Shown here one piece after another: positions 14,908 through 29,416 of a stretch of DNA of 64,000 bases. The stretch's first letter is position 1, and each line of letters starts with the position of its first letter. Both the position numbers and the translations under genes were made by a program. The stretch is from assembly GCF_000150275.1 (NCBI RefSeq), contig NW_002060956.1, positions 124,001 through 188,000 on the forward strand, written 5' to 3'. Source of the DNA: Trichoplax adhaerens (taxonomy: Eukaryota; Animalia; Placozoa). The notes under the pieces are model-generated. The model was given only the letters and a program-made list of their open reading frames with translations. It searched no databases and had not been told where the DNA came from.

Positions 14908-17900
14908 TTTGAAGATTTGTTATTCTTCACAATTTTGTTTGTTTGCTTCTACTATGCTAAATGATACAAAAATGTTCAAGATTAATCTCCGTAATGATAT
15001 AAACACCTTAACTAATAGTAGTGCCAATCGTTAAATTGTCGAGCTTCTTTTTTTCATGTAGAAATGTAATTATAAATTAATAACAATTGCAATTCCTTCA
15101 ATATCCTTCAAAGAAATGATGTCCATTTACATTGGCGAAAATAATAGCCAACTCTTCTTTTATTCTTTTATCATCATAGCATGTACTACGGTTTGCATTA
15201 ATAATGTCAATTTTTAAAATTATCCATTTATATTGTCGTTCGGGAATCGAGACTGTACTGTACTCCTTTATTCCATTACAAACAGTAGGAAAGTTTGAAA
15301 ACAAAAGCTATGATTAATCGATTATAGATCTAGTAAATAACAGGATAACGATATTAGGACAAAGGATATCAATGAACTGGCAGATTAAAACGATATCTTC
15401 AAATTACTCGATAGTAATAGTTGAAATTAAGATAATTAAGAAATAAGAAAGACCTGCAGTAGTGCAGGTGTACGAGTATTTGTCAGTCAAATCTTCACTT
15501 AATTACTCTAGATATACGAAGTGTTGTTACTGATATGAATTTCATCAATGAAAAATGTTTCATTTTTTCGCTACTACCAGTCAATTTATACGTTTGTCAA
15601 AATCCAGACACAATGATCGTTCTAATTTTTTTTTTCTTATAGGCTAGTAAGACGAAATTGCTTACAACATGGAGGACTATGCATTATTCGCCTATCCAAC
15701 ACATTATACCAACATTATCCATATGCAGGGATTATACGTAACCGAAAACTGCAGTAAAATTAGGGAAAATTTCATTTTATCGTCTAATTGTGCTTAACAA
15801 TGCACCCATCACGATAACATTCTGGACTACAAATAATTAATTAGAACGGTACATAATGTTATCGCCAATCTGGACGCGTCCAAAGTGGCATCTAGTAGTC
15901 TACAGTATTGACGATACTGTCTGCAAGCCTTTTGTTTACATTTTTGAGACTGTATAATTGAGGCTTGGCGAAGGATATTTCGCCAAATTTGGCTACATGG
16001 ATAACCTGTATATTTCTTGACTACAGTAAGTTGGCACATACAAAGAATTCGCTTGTCGAAGTGAAGGAAAAGTAAAAAGGAGACGAGTTGAAAATCTGTC
16101 AATGCGCATACGACGGGTTGAAAAGTAATTAATGTTCTTCTTCTTCTTGACAATCACAGAAACGTACTCCAATGATTGTCATGGAATTTTCCTTTCTTTA
16201 CAGTGGTATTTCTTTTTTTCTCTTTCTGTTCACATAATATCCAGTTATGTACAACAGGATGAGATGATATTTACCTAACTGATTATAGTCTTACCTTAGT
16301 TCTGTTCTTGAATGAATGATCAAAAGCATTGAATTGATCCCACTTACACACTAGCAATAGGAGAACAAAATTGTGATGGAGTTAATTAGATTACCAATTA
16401 ATCTGCAGTCAAGGTAAAGACGAGGATCACTACTTCCACCTTGATCGAAATGATGGAATAGCCGATAACCGTCGATATTTATAATGTTATGTCATATACA
16501 CATTGATCGGCAGACTTGTGTTGATTGGATCACCTAGGTGCTGTCAAGCGTTTCACGGTCACCTGCCAAAGTTCGCTCACGTTGTGTTACTGTACTGTAA
16601 TCTATAATAAGACAATACAGAAAAAAATCTTTCTTCGACAGTAGTATAATCCTGATTTAAAGTACTGTATGTGTACAGTGAGAGTGTACACTCCTACTGT
16701 AGCCACAGTACTGTACATTAGTGAACGAGTTGATGGACGAAAGTAGGCGTACAGGACGATCATCGAGGTCTAAAAAAGGTTTTTACCTCATAATCGTCTG
16801 TCGCCTGTACCATGGATTAATCGATCTTACCGCGAAGATTTTGTAAAAAGCCCATGACTGATGGATGACTGCTGGTTACACAACTAAATTAAATTATGAT
16901 TATTAAATGAAATGAATGGCACTATCATCAATTTTAATATATCAATGGAAATGGATACTTGTGTACGGCGTTTCTTTACCAAAATGTGAAATGCAAATAA
17001 CGTCGTACTCCAATACTACTAGCACATCACCAATTCACAATACTCAAGTATTGTTTTGGTATTGAGTGTCATTACATGGCAGACAAATATCATAAATTGA
17101 AGTATTCCATCAATAAAACAATGGCATCCATCGATGGATGGACCCGATGCACTATAGGAGATAGCACAAGAAAATAAACTATTTCCCTTACTCCAGTCAC
17201 TTTTCTCCTGCTTACTCTTTTAACGTTATAGAAAAAAAATTTACTAATGTTATTTCCCCAACAATATCAATCAATGACTAAGGGTGATAAAGTAAGAGTG
17301 GCCCGATAACCCTTCGATAATACTCATATACGAATAATCCTCGAAAGAAAATAGCAAATACTGTTCACCGAGAAGCAAATTCTAAGTAAATCCCAAGAGC
17401 ATTGTGTCGATAATTTTACTGCTATTGAATTATGCTTTGCCAGTAAAGTAATCTATGTTGCTATAATCAATATGGACCATTTCGGTAGTGACATAGTGCC
17501 GTATGAGTATAATTTTTCACTATTTTATGGGTAAACAAAAGATGGACGATACAACTATTCAACAGTCACCCGATCTGCAGCTATTTTCATGGTGCTATCA
17601 CAGTAAAGTAATTAATTACGTTCCTGCAGTCGAGACTGACAGTTTTGGTAAAGGCTTGTCACAGTAAGGCCTGTACACTTTTAGTTTTTTAGTTTCCCCT
17701 ACCATTAAAAAAACGAAATGGACTATGCAATTATCTAATAATCACGATTTCCTTTTTAGTTCTTATGTATTGCAGTTAGATTGTATATCGAATGAATTCA
17801 TTATGAAGTCGCTTAGAGTAGTGATAGTATTCGCGTAAATTGAACGACAGTTATGGAGTAAACTTCATCCGTCTGAGTTTACGATATATTAAATCAGAAT

Positions 17901-19168
17901 GTTTATTAGTTTCACTGCTACTGGCACTCTTTATCATTAAATTTTAGTCACTGCATGGCTGATCACATTCTCCTGGATGGCTATTCTCTTACAGTCTTAA
18001 AATTATTATTTACTTTATTCTGATTTTTGTGCGGTTGATGAGCTACTTTAGTAGAATTGTAAACCAATACTCTGTCCCCAATCATCAATAAATGGATGCG
18101 AAAGTTAGAATTATAATAATACGATTAAATTGCAACTAATTCTGACATTAATGCAATCTTGGGAATCATTTCGATATGGATAAGATGCATATACCGTACT
18201 TGTCCTTGCCGATACAATAGTATACTATAGATTTAAAGATTTCTAGAACTCTCATTTCATCTACAAGAAAGTTATCAGAAACTGTTTTCCTAAAGGTTAA
18301 GAACCGACTACAATTGCCCATATCAAATATACGGACTGCTTAAAGAATGCATCGCTAATCTTCCATAATCCACTCAAATTTCAGCCTATCTACAGTTAAT
18401 TGACTTCTTCGCATTGCTACATGCGTGTTAACGCTTTATCGTATTATAGTAAACTTTAATCAGAAACAGAAACAACTAATTTTTATAACTTAAAATTGTC
18501 ATTTTTTATAATAAAAAAGACCGAGTAAAAATGAAACAATATAGATGTTGCTATGAATTTAATCAGTGATACGTGAGACAATGGTAGATTTATGTATCCA
18601 ATGTTAGAGCAAGTCCATCTTGATCGACACATATTTCAGATATATGGGCAATTAAAATCTATAACCTATAAACCTCACGCTATATGATGCAAACTCGATC
18701 AAAGCAATAGTTATAACAGAGATATCATACTACGTATAACTATGTACAGGTAACTAAAATGAATAACATGATATAACAATGAAAGACAATTCTTAACATA
18801 ACAGTTTAATTGAAAAGATATGACGTCTAATTAAGTTATTATCTTGCACAAATATAGTCTTAAAATTACATACCAATCAAGTAGTGCTCGATTAATCGAC
18901 GATGCTATATATAATCTATTCTCCATATATGGCCTAATAAATGCATTTATCTGCTGCTAGAACTTCAAATTTAAAAATTTGTTACTGTAGAAAATTTAAA
19001 GAGCGCTATTATGGGATACAATTTTTTGCAAATGTCATCATATAATTGTTAAAAAATCTACGTCAAAGCTTTTATGTATTCTAACGTTATCAGCGGTAAT
19101 TTAAAGTCATTTAAACGCAAGAAGGAAGTATTCTATTGACTGATAGTGATGACTTTAGCAAGAGATGC

Positions 19169-22100
19169 TTAGCAATTTTCTTTATCACAAAGAGCCTGAG
19201 CAGTACTTAAAGGCCCTTTACTTAAAGTAACCTTTGAAATTTCTTGTAACTGCTTGATATACTTTTTGCATTGTTCAGTCTTACCTGCCAACTCGCTCTT
19301 TTGTTTGCAAATTATCTAAATAAATACAGGATATAACTTGTACGTTATACCATATCATGTATGATGATAATTTATGAGTAAAGGCTATTTTAGCAATCAA
19401 ACTTTACCTCCTTGAGTTGATTGTTTTCCTTTTTAACCGCAATATGGTGCTGGATTCTTTGTTTATAGTTTTGCTGACCAACAGATTTTTCGAGCTTCAA
19501 GGATAAAATTTCGTTCTTATTGGTAAGGTCGGTGATTGCCTGCATAAAATGATAATATTTCGTATATACGCCTATTGGAAAACTAATGCACACTCTAATT
19601 TCAGAAAATATCTACCTTTTCGGAGCGTGCGTTCTGCTCTCGGGTACTTTCTAACTCTGATGTTACAGTTTGCAGTTGCTTGAAATATTTGGCTTCTAGA
19701 GATTCCGATCTAATGAATATAGTATGAGGAACTTTATTGTAGCCAATAAAAAAGAGCACTTTAGATAATTAATACTTATTCTTACCTTGATAACTTATCA
19801 AGCGTAGCTTTCAATTTAGCTTCGATATCGGTAGCATTATCATTTGCTGTATTTAGTCTAAAGCATTTGAAGTATAGCACATGAATATATTACATCTCAA
19901 GGTTTTTCATAGATAATTTTCAACATGTACATCAATAACCATTTCAACTAATACTTACGATTGTTGCAGTAAATTATTCTCTTTCAATGTATTATCCTAT
20001 AACATACAATACAATACATATTTCCAGATATAGCATGATACTTTATAGTCATTCTTATTTCAGATATTTACTTACTATTGTACGCTTCAAGTTTCCCACT
20101 TCAGTGACAGACTCTATAGCTCGTGAATTAGCTTCTTGTAATTCTGACTGTAAAATTTGATATCTATAGTAGTAATACGAATTTTAATTATAGGCAATCA
20201 CAATCTTTGAAGAATATTATACAGTAGCATCAATTTCATTCTACTTTAAATAAATTATCAACAATAAACCTATGTGGGACGCATACTTATCATTCCACTC
20301 TGTTGTTTCGATCTCAAACTCCATTTCAAGTTTATTATATTTATTCAATAGAACGTCGATGTCACATCGATTAGACAACTGCGCCTACATAGATGGTCAG
20401 ATTTTTTTCGTTTCAATTATAACAGAGTAGCAGTTATCAATCATGACGTTATCAATACATGTACCGATGGCGCTATTACATAGCAGAATTATCATCTTAC
20501 TTTAAGAGATTGTATTTCTGAATTTTTCTCTTCACGACCTCTTTCATACTCCTCTATTATTTTGGATAGAACCTGAAGCTTCTCTTTTAACGTTAATATT
20601 AATTAAGGACATTAACAATAAAAAGTAATGACAGTTACTATACGCGTATAGATATCTAATTATTTCTGTACTCAATATAACGAACGGTGCAACTAAAGCT
20701 TCTTAAATAGCTAGGATATTGTTCGATCTCCAGCGTTAATTTGCAAACATCGTTCGGATCTGCCTTCTTTGACATCTGATCAAAAAGAAAATTGTAATTT
20801 AAAAGTCTCATTATGCTTAAAACACGAAAGAAGCCAAGATTGTGCACCAGTATGATTTGCTCGCGTTATAAATTACCTCATCCTGGAGATCTTCCAATCG
20901 TCTCCCGTAATCTTCTTTTAATTCATCTAATTGTTTCTTTCGAGATTTTAACTGAGTAGATTAAAATACGTTTATGCATGCAAAAATTAAGTGCCCTAGT
21001 TTATGATTACTTGAATGCCAAATAAAGATTCGTATAAATAATATAAAGAAGTAAACATTTTTTTTGTACCTCAGTTTCTAGAGAGTCCAACTTATTAGTT
21101 AATGACTGTACTTGATCCTATTAATAGTGAAAGGTGCAGATTCTTTAACTTTAATACAATAACCAATCTCTTAAAGAATAATTTTTGATAAAATATTGTT
21201 GATTCTTTGAACCTGAGATGCAGCTAATTGTAGCGTTTGCTGATCCAATACAGCCGATAACGATTCATTGTCGTCCATTAAAGCTTCAACCTACAGGCGG
21301 AGTTATAAAACTTAGACCAAATTCAATTAGCTAGCAGAATAAATCACAGTTTACATTATGATATAACCTCCAGTTGGTACGATGCTTCCATTTTAGCGTG
21401 CTTCTCCTCTAATTCAGTAACTTTGGAGCGCAACATTGTTATTAACTTATCCTTTTCGTTTATAAAGACAACGTTAGAATCTAATAGCATTCATCTAGTA
21501 ATGAAATGTTTACATATGCATATTACAACACATTAAGCACAAAGTCCTTAGGACTATTATTTTGCATACCTGTTCAGATTCGTACTTCTCAAATTCGGTA
21601 ATTTGAGCTTTTGCTTCACTTAAATCGCTTTGCAAAGCTATCAATTGTTCCTAGGCAGAATAAAAGATGTGATAATTTTGTGCTGACTACATAACCTGTA
21701 TCCAAAGTAAAATATATAAGTATTACATCTTTCTCTGATAGTTCTGTCTTTAAATCGCGCAGGGCCTGTAATAAACCCATTGTTTCGTTCTAAAAAATAG
21801 GACCAGAACATGAATATCTTTGTTTTTAACGTAAGCCAATAGTGTAGAATTTAAAAAAGTATTAACCTTCTGTTCGGTCTCTTTCTTTTGTAACTTTGAT
21901 ATTTCAGAATTTCTTTCTTGTAACTCTTCTTCCATTTTCGATGTCTTATTTAATTGATCTTTATATTTCTCAGCTATTTCGCTTATTTCTACCTGCAAAG
22001 CAGTATTCTCGGATAGCTTTTCCTTAACAATTTCTGTGTTATCATTCTCCAATTGTATCTTTGCTAGCAATTGCGTGCTTATTTGTTTTTCATTATCGAG

Positions 22101-25100
22101 CATTGCCATTAGGTTTCCAATCTTTTCATCTAAAACTCTTTTAGCCTCAATTTCTACGGACAGTTGTTCCTCTAACTCGCCTGTCATATGCTTAGTAAAC
22201 TGTAATTCTTCAGATACTGTTTCCAGTTCATCCTGTCCAATAACCAAAAAATTACCAAAATAGTCTTCTGACAATCAATAATGATAAAGAGAATAACCTG
22301 CAGCCTTTGCTTATCTTCCAAGATAGTCGATAGTTCACTTTGCTTCGAAGACAGTTCTAGATCTGCACTTACAATTCTGGATTCCAACTTTGCAAGTTGA
22401 CTAGAAATTTTATTTTTATCTTCCTCTTTTGTTCGTCGAAGTAAGTGATTTTCGGCACGAGCTTCCTCCAGATTAGACTCAAGTTTCATAATTTCGCCTT
22501 GAAAACCTAATATTAACGTTAAGCACTTTGTGAAACATCGATAATTTGATAATCCATTATACTACAGTTATTGATTCACCAAGTACGAGTATGGAATAAT
22601 TAGAAGCTAATCAGTTGATACTCAAACTCAAAAAATTATTCAGTACCAACATATTGCAGTAGATGCAGCTACCTCGTAATTTCTCATTTCCTGCTTGGAT
22701 GCCTGCACTAAGTTCTTTCACTTTATCATTAAGTTCAGTCTCTATTGCATGATGCCTGTTAATTTCCTTCTCTAGATTCTGCGTTATAATTAAAATCAGT
22801 AAGCTATGAATATATATTTAAAACATTATTCACAATAAAATTTAATATTGATTTGTAAGAGATTTGCAGAATAACCTCTTCTTGAACCCGCTTTGCTTGG
22901 TCCAATTTGCAATTTTCTTGCCGGAGTTTCATAACAGTCATTTCGTAACTTTCTAGTTGTTGAACGCATTGCGTTAACTTTTTCTAAATAAGAAACACTG
23001 AAATGAGTACATAAATTTTATGATTATAAAACATGCATGTTGTGTAATTATACGCCTACTTGTACTGTGCCTAACTCTTCTGTGAGTGCTTCTGCACGTT
23101 TTTCTGCTTCTAATAGTTCTAACTCTTTATCGGTGTTGACATCAGTTGGTATCTGTGTATGCACAGGTAATGATGATAAAGTCTGTTGATCTTCTGAACT
23201 TCTCCTTATTCTACTGCTTTTCGGTGTTTCTGGAATATTTTGACTCGTTGGTGTCCCAATAGACAATCGTATTGTCTTTCTCGTAGGCGTTGTGATAGTC
23301 TTAAGATGAGCAATAATCACACATTTATCTCATTTTTAGCTAGTTACACAGCATTCAGAATATGTCCAGTCATGTTTGTAGCACCTTAATAGTTTTTAAA
23401 TGTAGGTCATTCAAAGCATTTCTTTCCATGTTTGTTTTTAAGCGTAAAGCTTTTATGGCATTCTAGGAGTAAGATATTAACGAATTCATCACGAACCAGC
23501 AATAAAATCTGATTTATATTTAAAGACCGTACCTCCATTTCCTCTAGCATTTTCTTATTCGAAGTTAATTCCGTTTCATATTCTGCCATTTTTCTGTTAG
23601 ATATTTCTTGTTGCTCGCTTGATTCAATCTTTACCTATATCACAACAAAATTTAGTAATGACCAAGGTAAAATAGCATGTATTGCTAGGTAATCACGAAT
23701 ATAATACAAGCTACATACCGCCTGTAGTTCGGATCGGAGGTCGTGGGCTAATTTCCGTAGGTGATCTATTTCTGCATTAACTTCATCTTTATTCACTTCA
23801 GTCTTAACTTCAACTCCTATTTAAAAGAAAAAGCTATATTGTACTATATGCATGGCTTACTAGTACGGTTGGGTATATGATAAATAGGGAAGTATAAGGG
23901 TTTGTAATATGTAATCAATTAGAAGCATAGTATAAAAGAGGCAAGGTATTCATTTTATGCACCTGCATCGCCAGTAGCATTTCGAATTTTTCTCTCTAGT
24001 AATAATGTGTACTGGCGGATCTTGGTAAGCTCTGACGATAAACTACTATCATTCGGTGTACGGCTCCGTAACCTTTTTAGTTCCGCTGTAAAATTATATA
24101 AATTATTCATGGATAGACAAGATTATAGTTAACAATGGTATTAGCTTTTCGTTACCCCTTAAATCTAAATTTTCCGTGGCAAATCTAGTAACATCAGGAT
24201 GATGTTCAATCTGATATCGAAGCTGTTCGATCTCCTTTTCCATCATCTCCTGCAGCACAATTTTAAATGAATTATCTTTATTAAATGTTTATAAAGATAT
24301 CAGATATCAGTATTATCGATAATTATAATAAAATGAGTACAAATATTCAAAGAGTCCACATTTTTGAGCTTTAAGTAATCTTTGAAGCCTTACAATTTTG
24401 CTTTCGATGTGTTCAGAGTTTAAGACACTTTCTTTGTTTGATTCTAGTTTCGCTATTAAATTGTCTCTGAATTTTAAAATCATCTTGGTACTCTATATAA
24501 ACAATTAACAACAGCCTATCGTATTAAACTTTTATATTCCAGAATTTCTTAAAACTCTAACCATTTACAGACATTTTAATCCATTACCTGAAGCATTTTT
24601 TCCTTCTTTTGGCATAGTTCTCCATTTTTCGATAATTTATCGGCAAGATACTTAGAGAATGAGGACATTCAGAATATGTTATAATTCTAAGATAGATCAG
24701 TTATGACATAACAATTAACAATAAGGAATAAGTAAGTTCTTTAAAACCTTCTTTTCCTGCTCAGCTTTATCGCGAATTTCCATAGCTGCTATACACATTG
24801 CCTGCCAATTGTCGCCGCTACTTCCAGTTGATAGTGTGCTGAGATCACTGGTAGAGAGAGCTAAAATACGGTATTCCAGTGTGTTACAATATGTATTATG
24901 GACACTTTCACCTTACCGTTATACACTTATACAGTACTACTATAATTATGATAACAGAGGCATGATAAAATATGCTATCAATAGTTGAAGATGTCAATTA
25001 CTAATGCAATCAAAAGAGAAAACCTTTAGCGCTGCTTAATTCTTCCTTCAGCTGTCTGATTTCAGACTGTAACTGTTCAATGTTTCCCTGTGTATCTTCA

Positions 25101-28100
25101 TTTACTACAGCCTTAAAAATTATACAAAAAGCAAATTAGAGAAAATTAGACAACTTTTAAATGACAAATTATGAATCAAGATTACCTTAGTTTTAATTAA
25201 TTTCGCTTTTTTTGCAAAATTTAAGGTAGAAAACGTTTCACCAAAGCATCTGATTAATAACACAATTAAACAACATTAATCAAATAACCGACAGTTATGC
25301 AAGAGTTACAATTAACGACCGTTAATGCAAAGAATTACTTTTTACTCGGATGGACGTTTGCAATCATAAAAGTTTTCGCATTGCCTCCAAGTGAATCCTT
25401 GTAAAATATAGTAAATATGCAAATTGATAAAAATCTTACAAGAAGTATACGTCAAAAATAATATTTCCCTATAATTACCCTCAGTAAGAAAGTTAACTTG
25501 GAATCTCTGTATGGAACATGACGAGCTCGTCCATGATCAATATTAACTAAAGCCATAATGGCATTTCCTAAGGCGGATAACGATTTATTGATGCTACCGG
25601 CTTCCTAATTGAGTATTTTACATTCATAACAGTTTAATATATTTTAAGATTAAAATCTTTTAGAACTATTAGTTGAACTTGCCTTTAGTCGAGCACCTGA
25701 CGCTTGTGTATCTTTCTGCCTCTCAGAGCCAGCTAAATCAACGAGATTTAACCGAGAAGTGCGAATATTTGTAACTTTTCCTTTTTTTTCCTTATTACGT
25801 AACAATAAGTAATATTCAGATTATATGATGTTAGTAATAAAAATTATTTACTGTATTATTCAAAACATTACGTTTAAGTGACATACAGGAAGTATACAAA
25901 AATGTGCACAGAAAGTCTGTAGTTAAATACTTATTATTTACCTTTAATTCAACAGATAATGAAAAAACGGCATGGCTTCTGCTACTTTCGCGGTTCATCG
26001 AAGTAGAAGCAACACGTCGATTCTTTAAGCCAGTCATTAATTCCTGAATTTTACCAGAATGATCAATAACTTAGTAATATCAATTGTTTCATAAGTTTAA
26101 TTTTATTAACGAGAATAGCATTTTACCTGATAAGCATCTCGAGCATTAGTTATATACCGTTCAGTGAGCCCATCCACATACACCCCCTTTCTAATATCTT
26201 CTCTGAGATGTTGATATGGTTAAAGAAATATGAATTCATATTTAAACTATAGCAAATGTGCAATACGTATTCTCCGAGAATGCAAACAGTACACTTAAAT
26301 GCAGTACAGCAGTTTTTATTTTTATGTCGTAGATATGTAATCCGGAGGACGTTATGGATGTAACATCGAGTAAATCATATATTTGTTCGTTATAAATTTC
26401 CAGAAATGAGCATTTACATAAAAATTCTATATTGTCCCCATTCTATGTAGATATGTCAAGTAAAAAGAAGATGATAGACAGTTAGAAGATAGTATTCTTT
26501 CTGATTTAGCCAAAAAATACCTATAAAAGATTGCTTAGGACGTTTAAGTTAGCTATAACTCAAAACAATTACTCCTGAAATATGTACGTACTTTTTGTAA
26601 TTCCCTATTTAGGAGATTAAATAAATACTCAAAACACCTAGGGGTAATACCACGTAATTGATGTGTTAAATTATCAGACTCTTCTGAAGGCCCTGCATTT
26701 ATTGTCATTTGCAAGTCAATAATATTTAAAGAAAAGATATGAATATCGATGTCAATTTATGAAATTAATGGCTACATAAGAAGAGTATTTATTGTATGCT
26801 GCAATAAAAAAATATCGTTGATAAAGCCTACGTCTTACATACCAATCATGGTGAAAGTTTTACCAGATCCAGTTTGGCCACTGCACCAATAGCGTAATAA
26901 GTAGTAATTAAAATTAGAATTAAAGCATAAAGTTCAACGTGTTATGTACTTGTATGTATCGGTGATAACATTATACGTACTATGCAAAAATTGTACCATT
27001 GTAGCCTGCCACACAGCTGTCTACTATTCCTTTTGCAACAGAAGCAAAGATTTCCTCCTACGAGAATATTAGTTCCATTAGTAAAGTTATTGGGCAGAGC
27101 GGTTACAATGAACACTTTAAGCGATGATATAAATTCTATATTGCAGACATTTTTCAGCCAGTTGATAATTTTTATTCTACTTGTATAACATTAAATCATC
27201 AACATCGCTCAGTAAAATTAGCTCATTACCCATATGACTGATCAACTGAGCTATTAAGGAACTCTTGAAAGTTTTGGCTTATGAATGTATGAAAGTAATG
27301 AGTTTCTAACTCTTAGCACTAATATCAATTGTATAGTATACTGTATGTGGTGTCTTGCAAAGGTTCAGTAATATTATTACCTGGGTGGCAGCAATATCTG
27401 CTACATAATCATAGGTGAATATTTTATCATCTGGTTTACTTTTAAGCAGCAATGAAGTGGTATTCTTAGCAGTAATGCAGCATTCCTTTTCGACACGATT
27501 AGTATCGATTCCTTCTGGTGGGCGTATCCGAACGCAAACGTTAATTGTATCTTCTTCTCTATAGCCATACAAGGTTTTAACACGTTACATCAAACAGTGT
27601 AATTTTTCGTATGTGTATGGCTACTATTCTTGTTCACGACTCTATGCTATACCATGGACTACCGTACTGTAAAGTGTAGGTACTCATTGATTTGTCGACG
27701 AACATGGTTACTTTAATTTTTTGAGTCAACTTTTCTATCAACTGTACATTTAATAATAAAAGTTCTGTCGCTAGCACGCACAGTATCATACGCAAAACTT
27801 AATGTCCCTTTACTTGCAAGATTTTAATCGACGTTATTGTCGACTCGTCTACAGTACTGTACTCAACAAGCTAAGTTGTACAACTCATCCAATCGGTATT
27901 TTGATATGATATATTAATTATCACGACAGAAGGATGAATTGGTTAGGTTATGCTGTAATTAATTCTTAATTCATTAATAATTATAATTATTAGTCAATCA
28001 GCAGGTAAGGAAAGCATGCAAACGCTCGATTAACCAAATATTTAGCATAGCACTGATCAATAATCAGTAAGATGACATGGATAACTTACCTTGAATTTTC

Positions 28101-28109
28101 TTTTGGCAT
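19169..28109 (-). CDS. KIF15: Kinesin-12 family motor KIF15/Xklp2 orthologue, about 41 coding exons; N-terminal motor, long coiled coil, C-terminal HMMR_C-like leucine zipper
   Basis: The spliced translation starts [21 protein letters not shown]. It contains the P-loop [11 protein letters not shown] (26843-26880), switch [12 protein letters not shown], switch [36 protein letters not shown] and [13 protein letters not shown]15-like stalk segments [14 protein letters not shown] and [12 protein letters not shown] follow, and the tail is [24 protein letters not shown]. Stop TAA at 19171-19169. The frame is kept across all introns if two AT-AC introns and one GC-AG intron are used. Confidence 0.95.
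20592..20719 (-). other. U12-type AT-AC intron (128 nt) in KIF15
   Basis: The minus-strand 5' end is ATATCCTAG, a branch-like TCCTTAAT lies at 20609-20602, and the 3' end is ...ATTAAC. Splicing gives in-frame LEIEQ|[10 protein letters not shown]. Confidence 0.88.
26210..26336 (-). other. U12-type AT-AC intron (127 nt) in the KIF15 motor domain
   Basis: The 5' end is ATATCTAC, a branch-like TTTCTTTAAC lies at 26228-26219, and the 3' end is ...ATCAAC. Splicing restores the conserved kinesin [14 protein letters not shown]. Confidence 0.8.
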
Positions 28110-29082
28110 ATCTATCAAAAAGGACAAATTCACAATAAGGCCAAGTGTTGTTATCTTAGGAAATTAATTTACCCATTACTATTCAAGTTTACCCCGTTTG
28201 TATACTAAACTACTGTACTGTACACTGTACAATTTATGATATTTTCACGTAAAAACACAGTAAACATTTGAATTTTGATCAATGCATCCCCTTTAATACC
28301 ACACTATACTATTTTAAGTCTACTCTATGTTTGCTGAAGAGTATAGTATACGTGTAGAAATCATGTATAAACTACGAAGTTTATTTAAAATCTTCTGTAA
28401 CGGATGCAAAGTTGATACCATTAACACCATTTTAATTTGCATCGCTTGATGAAAAATGACAAGACTACTGCTGCAAACGTATTGATTATTTCTGCATGAT
28501 TTCATACCTGTCCTCTATCTATTCTACAAATTTAGGCAATTAATAAACTTGAGAAAACGAAGAAAGCCTCCAGCCACTGATGTTGTTCAGTCTACCACGG
28601 GCTACAAAACGAGCCGCTACAGTGTCGCCAGTTCAACCGTAGAATGAATCACTTCAAAGGTGACGTTCGCAACGTTACAACCTTGAATACAAAATTTCAA
28701 TTAAAATTAAAGCCAGTTGGCTGGATCACTGCGCATTTACAGTACTGTACGTTGCAAGGGGATGTAGCACAGCTGGTACACTCACAGTAAATAACGTACA
28801 CTTTTTTGAATTTGGCGCTTTCTCCGTCTTCTGTCCTGTAGTCTGTAGCGGTAGAGTACTGTAGAGTGTAAAGTGCATTATACACAGTAGTTAGCACTGT
28901 ACACTGTGCAGCACCGCTAACTGTGGACTAGTGGGTAAAATACTGCAGTGTAAATACTGTAATTTTGGCACGAGCACCGTGCAGCACGTACTGTACTGTA
29001 CATTAATTAAAAGACAGCCATCTACAGTACTGTACAGTACAGTATTTTGCTGGAAAAGGTCTAATGTACTGTAGCCTGTAGC

Positions 29083-29416
29083 TCCCTGTTTCAGATGACG
29101 ACAGGCCTGGCTTGTCCTTGACAAGGTTTACATTTAAAATTCTGCATGCAAAATTTCCCTTTAGCGATCAGTGGATAGAATTTTTCAAGAGAATAATTAT
29201 AGCCGTCGGTAGAAATATCATGTACTTATACAGCATTAATACTGTAATGCTATAATACTACTAGGTCCCTGATTCAGATGACGACGGGCCTGGCTTGTCC
29301 TTGACAAGGTTTACATTCAAAATTCCGCATGCAAAATTTCCCAAGAGAATAATTACAGCCATCGGTAGAAATATCACGTACTTATACGGCATTAATACTG
29401 TAATGCTATAATACTA
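29083..29416. repeat. Tandem duplication, 178-bp and 151-bp copies, upstream of KIF15
   Basis: 29083-29260 and 29266-29416 share TCAGATGACGAC.GGCCTGGCTTGTCCTTGACAAGGTTTACATT and ...TTAATACTGTAATGCTATAATACTA. Copy 2 has an internal deletion of about 27 nt. Confidence 0.92.

Noticed and set aside
15098-16153. ORFs 15098-15304 and 15827-16153
   Set aside because: No recognisable motifs and non-ATG starts. They probably lie in the 5' UTR intron or upstream region of the CRAL-TRIO gene.
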